Shown here: positions 1 through 12,649 of the stretch, piece after piece
Numbering within the stretch: the first letter of the stretch is position 1
Layout of the letters: the number at the start of each line of letters is the position of its first letter
Assembly (NCBI GenBank): GCA_017499595.2
Contig: CM039005.1
Span: 1,178,001 to 1,242,000, forward strand
Length of the DNA: 64,000 nucleotides
Direction of reading: 5' to 3'
DNA from: Psilocybe cubensis
Lineage: Eukaryota
Notes under the pieces: generated by a model
What the model was told of the DNA's origin: nothing
Databases searched by the model: none
Seen by the model: only the letters and a program-made list of their open reading frames with translations
Translations under genes and position numbers: made by a program

Positions 1-378
1 GGCAGAGAGAAGTCTTCCGGAATACGGAGGCCACATGTGATATCATGATTTATCCAAAGGGATTTTCATTGGCATTGCAGATCCTAAACTGGTTGCGAAA
101 TAATACATTTGAGTAAAAAAAAAACATTAACTTTTGAGCTGCAAGAAAAGTTTAGGAAAACCATGAAAGAGAGGTTGGGTAAATGTTACAACCCGTTTTG
201 CGTGTACTGCACCTGGGCCTATGGTGCCATTTGCGAATCTAGTGGTGTAGGCGTGTGTAAGACGCGGAGACCCAATTTTTTTCTATCGTAATCCTTTCAA
301 GGCCATATTTGAACGTGTTCGCGTAGCCCATATGGTATCAATGTCGTGGGTTGAGAGACTGAATGAGGCTAATGAGGT

Positions 379-804
379 CTAATAGTTTGATTTGTCCTTC
401 GACCGCTCCATAGCTGTCGATAGTCCTTTTAGCCATCGCTTCCCCGACCGAAAGAGAAAAGTGTGGACGTACGATTGTAGTGGAGCAACTTCTCGATCAA
501 GTCGACATGCGTGAGTACCATTCGTCTACAGCAGTACCGTTTAAGCTGCAGTTCGTCGAGTGCGTCTCTACAATTGAAAAGCAAAGCGAGATAACGATAA
601 GACGACGTAAACGAGCCAACGAGACGGAGAGGACTTGCCCTTCACTCATATCCCTAGCCAGTAACTCCAAGTAGGCATTCCACTTGTCACCAATGACCTT
701 TCCGCAGGAGAAGCATCGAACAGGGATGATCTACAAGGGCGAAATTGACGGAGAGAGCTGAGAACAGGCGCGCAAAGAAAGAGAGACTGTGCAGAGCTTA
801 CCAT
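379..804 (-). CDS. RPB10: DNA-directed RNA polymerases I/II/III shared subunit RPABC5 (4 exons)
   Basis: Manual splicing gives [74 protein letters not shown], the Rpb10 signature (CxxC...CCRRM). ATG at 804-802, TAG at 381-379. Confidence 0.96.
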
Positions 805-1751
805 TTTCGTGGTGGTTGGGAGGAGAGAATGATGGTGATTAGTCAGCGGTGAGGTGGTCCGGAACCAATCATGATGAAGGAATGTTTTGATCTCCGTTTT
901 GTTTTTTGCCGGGTGATGTTCTCACGATATTCTTCTAGATCGCCGGGTCGGGCGCCCATGTTGGACACTTGGTTTGTTGTCTGGACCAGATCGAAGGCAG
1001 AAGGAACCCTCAATTTCATCTTACGGCTGAAGCGAAGATTCAAAAACAACGTTGTCTGTTTCCCTGAGATTCGAAGCCAATCCGTTGGTTTGGTGTTCTC
1101 AGGCGGGGCTCCGAGGTCATCGATGGCAGTTTACTGCTCAAGCCATCCTTTGCCAAGGAGCGTTAAACCTCAAAAATTTAAGCTGGGCAGAGAGTCCCCA
1201 AGCACCAACAACTACATTCAGATACTGTAGTTTATGTCTAGTCCGCTGAGGACCTTGGAAGGGCACAGTGTCTTGAACAAATATGCTGCATGAGAAACTA
1301 TCACACCGAATCAGCAGAATATGTCGCGGTTCGCCGACTTGTTGCCGGAAATGTTGCTGAGAATGCCATGAACGACCCAGTGGACCTACAAACGTTGTGC
1401 ATTTCCATATCGGTCGTGCCGAATGGACAGTTGCATGTGGACGTGTGGGTAGGCGAAACATACGGGGAAATGACGCTGTATGAAGACTTAAAAACACCCA
1501 TCGAGCTCCCATTCCGAAGACAGCGAAAGTGGTAGGAGGTCGATTGGAAATTGGGCACGATGGTTCGGGCCTAGGATGAGTCCTTGACTGGCGAAGCAAC
1601 CCTAGTCTTGTTATGGAACTAAATAAAAACTCCGCTCCATCAAAATTAGCTCCGTTTCCGACCTTGTACACGTTCCTCCAAACATATAAATACAACTCTT
1701 GCTCACCCTATCTTATTCTTTCTTTGTTTGGCATCCTACCTCCTCACAATT

Positions 1752-2401
1752 ATGCTCCGCTCACCAACCCGTACTTCATTCTCCCCGCCCCCGTCTCCCA
1801 CTTCGCCCTCTAAAAAGTCCAGGCTAGGCATGGCTGGTGTCGCAAATCTCTTCATTCGCATCAAGCGCCTCGAAGAAAGCGCCCTCGGGAGACACATCAC
1901 CGTAATTTCATCCGGCGAGCCAAAGACACAGCCGTCCATGACAGATGCCTGCATAGGCCACGACAAGCTCCCAGTGGAATACGTCGACCACTTTGTCTGT
2001 GTCGGAGGCGTGAACATCGCTCTCCTGTTGCGCGCCACTAGGTCGGCGCTCGTGGAACACATCGAGGACTTCGGCGCAAACGGACTTATCAATGAGATGT
2101 ACGTCTCTCGGAGCTCGTGTCTCACAACCCGGCTCTTATACTGACCGTCGTACCATGGCAGGTGGGAGTGCACGATCTCAGGTCCGAAGCAGATGCACAA
2201 CGGCGCCTACAAGATTCGGGTACGTCTTTTATGCAATTCTTTCAAGCGCCAGTTCGGTGGTATTTACTGTCCTCCGTTCAGGTACGGTATATTGCAGACG
2301 CAGTCAAGTCCTCAGTCCCGGATCCTCGACGACCTGTGGCTCTAGACAAGGCCAAGGGTATCCCAGGTCTCATGACCATCATCAAAAGGGGCGACGACTA
2401 A
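1752..2401 (+). CDS. Hypothetical protein (3 exons), divergent from RPB10
   Basis: MLRSPTRTSF...GANGLINE|..WECTISGPKQMHNGAYKIR|VRYIADAVKSSVPDPRRPVALDKAKGIPGLMTIIKRGDD* joins in frame through two GTACGT...CAG introns; no function recognised. Confidence 0.7.
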
Positions 2402-4710
2402 TTGACCCAGCGAACGTATTCTCGCGAACCCTCACCCACCTATCACCTTGCAACTCCACAAAACCTTCCGAAATTTTACTTCCGAGTCACGACTACCCTA
2501 TCCCCGGACTTCTTGGCATTCTGTAACACCAGCCCTTCCATAAACGGTTACCCCACTCTCGCTTTCCTATTTTCCTTTCACTGCTCTTTCTACGCTTCTT
2601 CTCCCCTGGCTCAACTGCGCATCTACACACCTTGCTTAGCGCTTGTAACAATTTGCTTGTACCATCACCATCACCCTCAAAAACAAAACAACTTACATCC
2701 ATCCATTATCATCAACATCATATCTCATCTTGCATCATGTTGCCGCATCTTCATCTTTCTCTACGATGAAACCCAACTTCCACAACAACAAAAAAGAATC
2801 AACATCCAACGCAATCGCCCATTTTCCACACTGCACATTCTAACTTGTATTTATGCCACACATTTACTTACTCTGCACGCTTTTAAACATCTTCTGAATC
2901 AACTGGTAGATATCTTTTTTCTCACTACCGTTCATCGTCAAAGCGGTTCTACACTATACCCACCTTGCTTTTTTTTCTTTTTTTTTTTTTTGCACTAATC
3001 GAATTTGACAATGGAATTTGGGCTTTGTTGCTCCCATTTCCGAGATCCCCAAACTGCATGCACTGGCACAAGACTTCCATGGCGACGCTCGCCCCGTTCT
3101 GCGTCTTCTGAATCGTTCTTGATTAACCTATGATTAACCATGGCTGTGATTGTGATCGTTGCATCGAGAGCAGGCTTGTACCCCAGGCCATCATGCATCA
3201 TGATCCATGATCCATGATCATGACTGCAGCTAGCATATAGCACCTGCCACGCACACATGAACAGAATAATAACTGCAGTCAATATCAACAGCTAGTTCGG
3301 CTGACCAGCCTCAGTCATAGCAAGACGAAGCTTCTGTCAATTTGACCATGTATGACACACATAGATCCACCGTGAGTCAGCCAGAGTCCTCATTCGCATC
3401 ATAATACATGTCGTTTGATTTGAAGCTTGAACAGCGTGGGCACTGACAATCATGGATTCATTTAATCATTAATCACCGTGCGGCGTTCTCCAATGAATAC
3501 GTGGGCTCCAGGCTCTGGTGCTGCTGGTCCAGATGGTGCTGCTGCAGTGGCAACTGTTATGAAAATCAAAATCGTCATCACCCCAACCTACGATGGACAC
3601 ACAAATCGCTACGTATACGATCTGTATCAGAGGCTCTAGAAGCCCGCTAACAATTACATCCCTCTCTCCAAGATTCGAAGTGCGTTGTCGTCGCTATTTG
3701 AATCCCTCGTAACTTATTGTGTTGTCGTTTTATCCTGTCAATGTCACAGTCGGGAATTATAATGTATTTACAACATACAATACTGGTTCCATGTCATTGG
3801 TCAATGGTACATATACATACTTAATTACTTATACATATCATTCGGCAGCGACGCGAAGCTGATGTGTATAAATTAATATGATCCATCCATCCATCCATGA
3901 TATATCTCTGGTCCGCTGCTCAGTGCTGCCACCAGTGGGAGATCAGATCAGTGATACTGATACTGATATAAACTCCAAGCATCGCTGATGCTAAACTAAA
4001 CCCCTCCCAAAAAAAACAAAATAACCGCAGCCTTGGACCGCAGCGTCTATTTTAATGGTTTTGACTCCAGCGCCGGTCACCTCCTCCGGTCGTCCTCGAG
4101 GCACAATAAGTTTGGATTTTGACTCTTGGCAAAATGGCGATCGCCATCATCTGGTGCCAAAAATAACTCCCGAGTCTTTGATCATCCTCCCTTCTCATCG
4201 CTTCGGATAAAAATATGATAAATATAATCATATGTCCATCCTCGAATGCGTGTCAACATACAAGCTAGCTGTCCCTCGAGCTCCAACGCGTGGGTTATTT
4301 TTTGTTGGTTACTTCTTAGTTTCAAGCTGTCTGTTTGCTGGGATATCACATGCGTATGTAAACAGAAGATAGGATTTCACTTTGGAGCTTCAGATTATAT
4401 TTGCCCATTGAAGCGTGTGGGCTTTGTTGAATGAATAAGACGTTCAAGACCCAGCATCCTTCCATATTCCGATGAGCGAGAAATTCATAAAATATCGACA
4501 TCATCGGGCAGGCGAAAAACAAATGGGTAACATATACATGAGGCATTTACGCCTCAGACATTGATTTACTTACTTCACACTGTTCATCCTACTTCATTCT
4601 TCACGCCAGGGGTACTTTGCAGGGGTAACCAAACAGTCCGTCAATCCACAACATCCAAATTTTCTTTCTTTCTCCTCTCCAGTTCTCCAGACTCAAATTA
4701 CACTTTCTCC

Positions 4711-7700
4711 TCACCATCCGCCGGGACCACCCCCTCCGTAATAAGAGTTGCTTGACCCAGGAAACCGTGGTGGTGCATTCCCCTGATACTGATCTGCGCC
4801 AGGGAACCCAAACGCGCCAGGTTCAGGAGGAGCTTGCCCACCGTACCCTTCAGGGCCTCCAGGGAACCCAGGCGTGGCTCCAGGGAATCCAGGTGCGGCC
4901 CCAGGGAATCCAGGTGCGGCTCCAGGGAAACTCGGTGGTCCGCCATGTCCATGCTCATGGTGGTGGTGGTGATGGTGGTGGTGCTGCTCAGCTCCAGGGA
5001 ATCCAGGCGTAGCGCCGGGGAAGGAGGGTGCTGCGCCAGGGAAGGAAGGTCCACCGCTGCCGTGGCCGCCTTGACCTCCGCCGTCTGGGAATGAGGGGCC
5101 AGCTGTCGGGAACGATTTATTGTCCTGGCCGTAGGACGGAGCGTAAGAGGGCGCGTACCCTCCTGAATGCTGACGCTGGGGAGGCGGCGGTCCATGCGAA
5201 GGAGGTGGAGGGGCCTGTCCACCATATGATGTGGGAGGAGGGCCGGAAGGCGCACCGTATCCTCCAGCAGCAGGCGGAGGAGGTCCCTGGCCATACCCTC
5301 CTGACGCTCCAGGGAAGCCCGACCCAGGTATCTCGCGGCTCTGACCCCCGAAAAGACTCTGCGCCTGTGCAACTCCCGGCACATTGGATGCATACCCTGC
5401 AAGAGTATGCTGGAACTGATGTGCTTGGGTTTCAGCGAAAGAGCCTTGCGATTCGGGAGCCCCGCCTTCTCCAGCCAAACGGATGTTCTTGTGGTTTCGC
5501 ACCGAGTCTTTGGAAAGGCGTTGGATGACGGAGTGCTGGTTCTGTACCTTGGAGAACCAGTCTTTCATGCATTGTAACATTTCTCTTTGTATTTGAGAGT
5601 TGGGGTTGTGGAAATCAGGGTGGAACCTAGGAATAATATTCAAATCAGATCCGTTATTTTTGAATATGCCGAGGAAACTTACAGGCATTGAAGAATGTCT
5701 TCTGTGATTTGATGAACATCCTTCGAGTTATCGTCCCAGGCTGCACTGATCAACTTGACACTGTGGGCCTGGAAAATAGTTGGTTTGAGAGTATGAATCT
5801 AAAGCCATACTTAAACGACTTACAACAATGATTCTAGCGATTTGTCCGGCAGGTTCATTGAGAATGAGATTCTGAATTTCGTTAACTTCCATTCTTCATC
5901 GGGAAAGTAGAAAATACTCACAAAATGGTCTTTACTCAAGAACGAATGAGTTGGGTCAGACTAAAAGAAGTCAGTCTAGACCATGGTATATAAAATGCAC
6001 CAGAACTCACTGCTCTAGGGTCGTTGAAAACTTCGTACTGATCTTGATTATCAATGACTTCTCCAGACACGCTTTGAAGTCCGGACGTGGCTGACTTGAG
6101 GATAGGTTTCAAGAATGGCTGATAAACACAGAAACATTAGCATGAATATTTTCAGTCACTAAATATTGCGCATATATTCACCTCCAAAGTTGTGAAGACA
6201 AATACTGTCATATGATTATTCCATTAGCACTAATTTCTTCGTATGTTAAGCATCAGTTACCTGAGATGGAATCCATGAGCTTCTCAATCAAAGGGCCGAG
6301 ACCAGGGATTTTCTCTGCCAAAACAGGGCATTCAGTTGATCGCCATAACAAGAGGAAATAAAATGTTACCGATGGTCTTCGAGATCTTTTTGACAACTGC
6401 CCAATACAAGATCGATTAAACAAAACATGATTATCCTTGCATTTCAGTCTCAACTCACCAGAGTCCCTGAAAGTCAACACTTGCCAAAGCACAGCATGCA
6501 ATTCTTGTGGGCTCATTTGATCAGGGTTTTTACCACCAGCTGCAGGACCAGCTCTGATTCTTTCGATGTTATCTAGATCTCTGCTCATGTCGTTTCCAGC
6601 ACCTCCAGGGATGCTGAAGAACAAATCGCGCAGGGCATCGGCTGGGTTGAGAATAGGTCCACCGGGTCCGCGGGTTTGCGAGAGGGATTTGGTGCGTGCA
6701 GAGTCGAGCTCTTTGTTCAGATCTGTGACTGACGCCTATTATTGAAGAAAAATGTGAGGATTGTCAAATTAGCACCGTCGACCGATTACGGCATAAGGCA
6801 GCTGCTTACGGAACTCTATGAAGCAAGAACGGATATAGAAACCAAGTCGATCGGTCAGTTCAATTCCATCTACGGAAGGGAATTCAAGAGACCGACTTAC
6901 GAGATGATCGCTGGCCTCTGATAGTATATCAAAACAGGGAAGAGCAGCCACGACAAAATTAAGAGGATATAGATAGTTAGAAGAAGCCATTTAACGTACC
7001 CCCGAGCAAAGAGTGAATGAAATCGCTAGAACCGAAGGATCCAGTGACGATAGGTGCGACCCATTTGCCATTGGGTGCCTGGATGCGGACCTGGTCGCCC
7101 ACATGCGTGAAGACCTGTTCGTGACCCATAGATACGAGTGCAAGCTCGCAAAAGTTGGAATGTGCAGAGAAATCTTCAAGGGTGTGCAGCTATCCATATA
7201 GCAATAAGAGCAAGAATTTGAGAAGATTTTTGGATAAGACATACAGCCTGGCCGAGCAGCCTGAAGGCTTCGTATTCATCAGCTTTGTCCCCAGTTGCAC
7301 GATTTTGTCTGCCTCTGTGGATGCACTGCTCGAGAGTGCGTCGAACTAAAGCTTTAGAGGTATCCCAGGGACCATTTTCTGAGATGGATGTGTGAGTAGG
7401 CTCATTCAATCTACATATCAATGCTGAAATCTAACCGTTTGCAATGTAATTCTTCATTCCGGTCCTGGGATCGATTTCGAGTTCTTGGGGCTGCAAGCTC
7501 ATTAAGCACAAAATAAAGGCAGAATGAATTCTGGTAGGACACACATTTACAGGTCCACGAAGCTTTGGGTGATATTGTCTGGGGTCTTCGCCTGCTCCGT
7601 AGCCTTTTGGGTTATCAATGTGTTCAGTCTGGCGTAAATACAGGTTTTATTCAGCAGTGCAAATGAGAGAACACAATGAGCATCATACCGGAAGGTATAC

Positions 7701-8463
7701 TCCCAAGCGTTCTTCAGTAACTTCAAATTCATGGGTCGCGTATCCGTGAGCCTGGAAAATGTATTAACTTTTGATCATATATGACAGAACATTGCGTACC
7801 AAAAATCCCAAGGCTATGCAAAGGTTGATAATGGTCTACAGCATCCGGATTCATCATAAACGCAAGATCAGCAGCTGGCATTGGCACACACACCTGAAGC
7901 TGAAGCTTCTTCAACGATGCAATATCCACCGCTTGACTATAGTCGCGCAGCCAGTTTCTACAATACGCCGCGTCGAACGCCATCGTCAATGATCGTGTGA
8001 TCGGCTAGATTACAGTGCGCAGCAATGGAAACGCACCCGAAGTACACTCGCTTGACATCGAGTCCGTTGAATTTTTTGCCTTTGGATATCAAACTAGCGA
8101 GCGCAAAGCCTCCGCCGGCGCCACGTTTAACGAGATCGGAGAGAATGTCTTCCTATGTGGTAGAAACGAGCAGTAGGAAACCACGGAGTCGGGAGGTGGA
8201 TATCTAGTCAGCAGAGAGGCATTAAACAGTGCATGACCGGGAGCTTTCGTACAATATCTCCATGTCTGAAGGCCCTTCCTTCCATGTACGCAAATCTGTA
8301 AACAAAAAATACATTATCTGTACACAACTCGTCAAAAATCCGGAGATCGCTGGGCGTACGATGGAATATTTCCCGCTCCGAACGCATACACTCCATTGTT
8401 AGCGAGGCAGAACGCAAAGATGACGAAGAGAATCAACAGAAATGGGGGCGATTTGCTGGCCAT
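4711..8463 (-). CDS. het-c: HET-C domain protein with signal peptide and Gly/Pro/His-rich C-terminal tail (multi-exon)
   Basis: N-terminus MASKSPPFLLILFVIFAFCLANNGVYAFGAGNIPS; HET-C motifs EGRAFRHGDIED, KRVYFGNWLRDYSQAVD, LHTLEDFSAHSNFCELAL, DPTHSFLSKDHF; last exon carries a low-complexity tail. Confidence 0.92.
4859..4930. repeat. Coding 21-bp tandem repeat (about 3.5 units) encoding PGFPGAA/T
   Basis: ccagggaacccaggcgtggct / ccagggaatccaggtgcggcc / ccagggaatccaggtgcggct / ccagggaaa read directly; related units recur near 4995-5045. Confidence 0.85.
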
Positions 8464-9086
8464 TGTCGCACGACCAGATGTGAGAGTGGATTTAATGTAG
8501 TGGTTGTGGATAAAGCGCTGTGGAGGCAGTGAAATTGGAAAATGCTACGACCCTTGTCAACATTTACGAAAGCGGTGATGGTGCGCGGCCCGAAAAGGCA
8601 TATCTTTAGGGGCCAAAGCGATGTCATCGAGCACTTGAAAACAGCCACGACGATTGCTACCGATCCCTCGATATGAAAGCTTGCTTGACCTTGATTTATG
8701 CTCATTCCAAAGCTGAACACAACTTGTGTGACTTTTCGAACTCTAAAAGCTTATTCTGGCTGATCTTGACAATGACAAGTTTCCCAAGTTTAAACTATTG
8801 TTGCTCGACTCTCGAGAATCTATTGATTCTATGCATGAAGGGAGGCTATGTCTATCGCGTAGCTTGGCTCATACCTCAAGGCCCAAGGACATTCAAGCAC
8901 TTCATCATCTGGCGCCCAGCCTCAAGTCCAGCCCAACTCTGGAGTGACGCGTATAGCCTTTAACTTGTCTTTTACATCGTTGTCTGGAATTAAACTGTCA
9001 ACGGCCGACTTATGCAGCTCAGAACCAATCGACTATGGAATATAATTTATATTAAGATGAGGCCATGACTTTTATCAAAGAACAAC

Positions 9087-9641
9087 CTAGATGGGGGAGC
9101 ATACAAAAGAACTCGCTTGGTCGTTAAAGCCGAGACTTCCATCTGAAGCATAGACATTGAAGAAGTTCCATTGACCGCCCTGCAGAAAGATATATTTCGT
9201 CCCAGTGCACGAATAATCACTAAAAGCGGCACATAAAGTAAGTTCACTTCATCTCCTTTACACACGACCTATGCGTGGTTTTTACGAGCAGTAAGCGACT
9301 TACTTGTAGAAGGTGCACACGAATCCGTATGGAATGGTGGCAGCGCTCGCCTGCTTGTCCAAGAAGGACAGACCCCCGGTGAAATTGACGCAGCTGTCGC
9401 TCACAGCCGGAATATTGACACAGTTTCCATCAACATCGACACACACTTCGACTGTGGGCGCAGCATCCTGGAATGTATTGATACAGAGGATGAATAAATC
9501 TGACAGCACTCAGTGAGATATGCTTGGGAAATTACTCACAGCACCTCTTGCAACATTGTCGGCTTCAACAACAGGCTTCGCTCTAGCTGCAGAAGCAGCG
9601 ACGAGGGCAGTCACAAAGAGAGCGAAAGTACGGCTGAACAT
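9087..9641 (-). CDS. Small secreted cysteine-rich protein, possibly beta/gamma-crystallin-like (3 exons)
   Basis: MFSRTFALFVTALVAASAARA signal peptide; mature part EVCVDVDGNCVNIPAVSDSCVNF...DKQASAATIPYGFVCTFYNDYSCTG...GFNDQASSFVCSPI* with 6 Cys. Confidence 0.8.
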
Positions 9642-10337
9642 GAGATTGAGGCAGCTGAACGGATAGTTATCAAGTTCCTTGTCGAGGGATGTTGAATATC
9701 GTCTTGATTACTGCTCTTTTATACTTACCAATTCTTGGAAGACTAACAGCTTCTCCTCCACTTTGAAGTTTTGGCGTTAGTCTATTCCGGAGCATCGATG
9801 CCAGTCTAGAAGCTCCAACAAAACAAACGCATTGACATTCTTTGCAATAGATAAATTTTAGATTATCAAAACGACCATTCGCCGGGTCAAACTGAACCAA
9901 ATGTCAAGTAGAAGCCCACCAAATGCTTAATAAAACAATATCAGCCACTAACTCTCGGGCAACACCCCTCATAACTCCGATGATATACATTCGTCCTGGA
10001 ATCCTTTCAGGCCTGTGGAGCATCAAAACGGTAGAACATACTATAACTTGTACGATAAACGTGGCCCCAAATCCCTTCAGAGTTTCTACAACGCTAGCTT
10101 GCTAGAGTTCCGCTTGTTCCTTTGCGTCTTCCTACGTCCTGCTGGGCGGTGGTTCTTATTTTTTTGACTCTGGAGGCAGAATATGTATTGAAAGTAAATG
10201 CAATGGGAGAGCAAAGTGTAACTAGGACAGACAACGTGCAAATAAAAGAACGCCCAGACGGGACTAACGACGACGACAACAAAAACCAGTAGCGTAGAGG
10301 GAGCGGAAGGTAACGGTGGAAGTGGCGATGGCGATGG

Positions 10338-10398
10338 TGTATGTGTGTGTGTGTGCGTGCGGTGTTTAAGGTATGCGGTATGTGTGTGTGTATGTGTG
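10338..10398. repeat. Imperfect (TG)n microsatellites downstream of the NTF2-RRM gene
   Basis: tgtatgtgtgtgtgtgtgcgtgc and tatgtgtgtgtgtatgtgtg runs. Confidence 0.7.
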
Positions 10399-10742
10399 GT
10401 TACAACAACAAAGAGTGAGCGAGTGAGAGAGTAGTGTAGATTGACAAAAAAGCGCATATGACGGTTGACAAAATGAAAGGAGGAATAGAAAGAAGACAAG
10501 GGGTGTAGCGCTAGCTTTTGGTGTCGCTGCCGATGGCTCGAAAAAAGCGCGAGAAAGGTAGTAAAAATGATGATAAGAAAAGGGTAATGGAAGAAGATTT
10601 CGACAAAAAGGAAGTAGCTTAACATACTGCCCGTCCCCAAACCATCGAATCATCATAATGAAAATAGGAAAAAAACCAAAAGAAAAAAGTTCCATCATCA
10701 AAAGTATCATCAAGTCATCATCGGAAGTCCACCTGAACATGC

Positions 10743-12649
10743 TTACTTGGGGGTGCTGGCACCACCCCGTCCACCCCTTCCTCCACCACGTCCGCGACCT
10801 GCAGGAGAACCGCGACCATCACCGTTTACAGCTGGAGCACCACCACGGGGCCTGGTTGGAGGCCTGTCGCCGCGTTCCTTCTTGGTCTCAACGGAGATCC
10901 TAAGCTGTCCAGCGTCACCGCCAACATCGATCCAGATACCGCCTTCACCTCCTTGGTGCTGGGTCAACGAGGCAATGATAGCACGCTTCGCAGATTCGAC
11001 ACTCTGGAATTCAATGAAGGCGCAAGCTTTAGCACGAACAATTTCGAGCTCCTTGATCGGTCCGAAGCGCGATGACAAGGTAGTTTGCAGGGCAGCTTGA
11101 GAAACGGGTTCAGTAACGCCCTAGTATAAAGTAATTAGCACAAAAGGAAGAATATAGAATAACAACTACAAGCTTACCTTGACGAAGCATTGAGCGGTAT
11201 TGACGCTTTGCACAGCAAGATAGGCAGGGTGCTCGTGGCGACCATTGGCTTGTTGACCTTGCTGTTGGCTCTGCGGGCGCTGGGCAGGTGAAGCAGCAGG
11301 TGCGGGTGCCTTAGGAGCAGGGGCGCTAGATGGCTGAGTAGAAAGTGTCTCAGTAGTACCACGCGATTCCTGGGCGACGGCGGCACCCCACTTCTTGGGG
11401 TTAGAGGCAGCGAGAGAAGCCCAAGATCTTGGAACAGCAGGAGCGGCAGGTTGAGGGGGAGGGGCAGCGGCAACGGGAGGAGCAGGTCGTGCGGGTTGAA
11501 CAGGTGCAGCAGGTGCAGCAGCGGGGGTAGGTGCAGGTGCAGGTGCGGCAGGTGTGGGTGCAGGAGCAGGCTGCTGTTGAGGAGCGGGTGTCGGGGCGGG
11601 GGAAGGTTCGGTGACGACAGGTGCAGGTTTTTCGGCCTCCGGTGTGTGGATGCCATTTGGCTGGGGGGCAGCAGCAGCAGCAGCAGGTGGTTGTTGCTGC
11701 TCAGGTGCAGGGGTGGGGGTTTGAGTGGTGGGAGGCTCGGCAACAGCTTCGACAGGGGCAGGCTCCTCGACGGGAGTAGGTTCGACTGGGGCAGGTTCAA
11801 CCACAGCTGGGGGTGGCGTTGGCTCACGAATGGGCTCATGGACGGGCTCGGGGACGTGAGCTGGCTGGGCAGGTGTGGCGGGCTCAGAAGCAGGCTCGTA
11901 CTCGTCCTCGAATTCATCACCCTCGACAGTCTCTTCCTTTAGGAATCGGAAGATGTCGTTAAGGACGAAATAGCCGTTGGGCTGCTCGGCGAGGAAAAAG
12001 GTCTGAACAAACTTGCGCCATGGGTCTCCGTGGTTGGACATTTCACCAATAACCTGTATTATGATGCCGCCATTGGCAGAAGACTGGGCGTCAACCGAGT
12101 GAATGAAGACTTTGCAATCCTCAAAGCCGATGGAGGTGATTTTGTTGTGAATTTCCTGGAAAAAAGGGTCAATACGAGTGGCACGTCATCACAAAACCCA
12201 ACATGATTTTAGCAAAAAAAGTGGGCAAAACATGAGGCAGAACTATGAAAGCAAACAGAAAAAGAAAGAGGATGCTGTATGCAATAACAAAAGAGATCCG
12301 AGAGGTGCCTTGCGTGGCGGCCGTTTTAAGCAAAACAGCGAGGTCGTACCCCAAGCAGCGGCACATACTCATCTCGCCCCGCGCCACACATCTCGTCAAA
12401 GGCAACCGACGGAAAAAGAGAACTTAAAGCTTATACCCAGATAGGCAGAGCACTAACCTGCTGTCCAAAGCATGGCTTCATATCCTCACCCTCGGTGCCG
12501 TGGATGAAGGTGGAGTTTTTGTTGTAGAAGCAATGAAGACGCTGGGGCTCTTTGTTGACAAAGGTATAATACTGAGGTACGAACTGCCATCCGACTTCAG
12601 AAGGGACAACATTCTGGTGCTGGGAGGAGGTGGTGCTTGAAGAAGACAT
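10743..12649 (-). CDS. nxt3: G3BP/Nxt3/Bre5-family protein (NTF2-like domain, Pro/Ala linker, RRM, RGG tail)
   Basis: EVGWQFVPQYYTFVNKEPQRLHCFY and KFVQTFFLAEQPNGYFVLNDIFRFL (NTF2-like); SWASLAA motif; KACAFIEF (RNP1); GRGRGGGRGGRGG tail. Confidence 0.92.

Noticed and set aside
843..1695. Several overlapping 65-185 aa ORFs between RPB10 and the hypothetical gene
   Set aside because: No recognisable motifs or consistent splice pattern; probably shared promoter/UTR sequence.
2402..2998. 198-aa ORF
   Set aside because: Low-complexity 3' UTR-like sequence ending in a T run; non-ATG start.
10086..10740. 184-aa and 124-aa hydrophobic minus-strand ORFs
   Set aside because: Products of pyrimidine-rich, microsatellite-containing sequence downstream of the G3BP-like gene.
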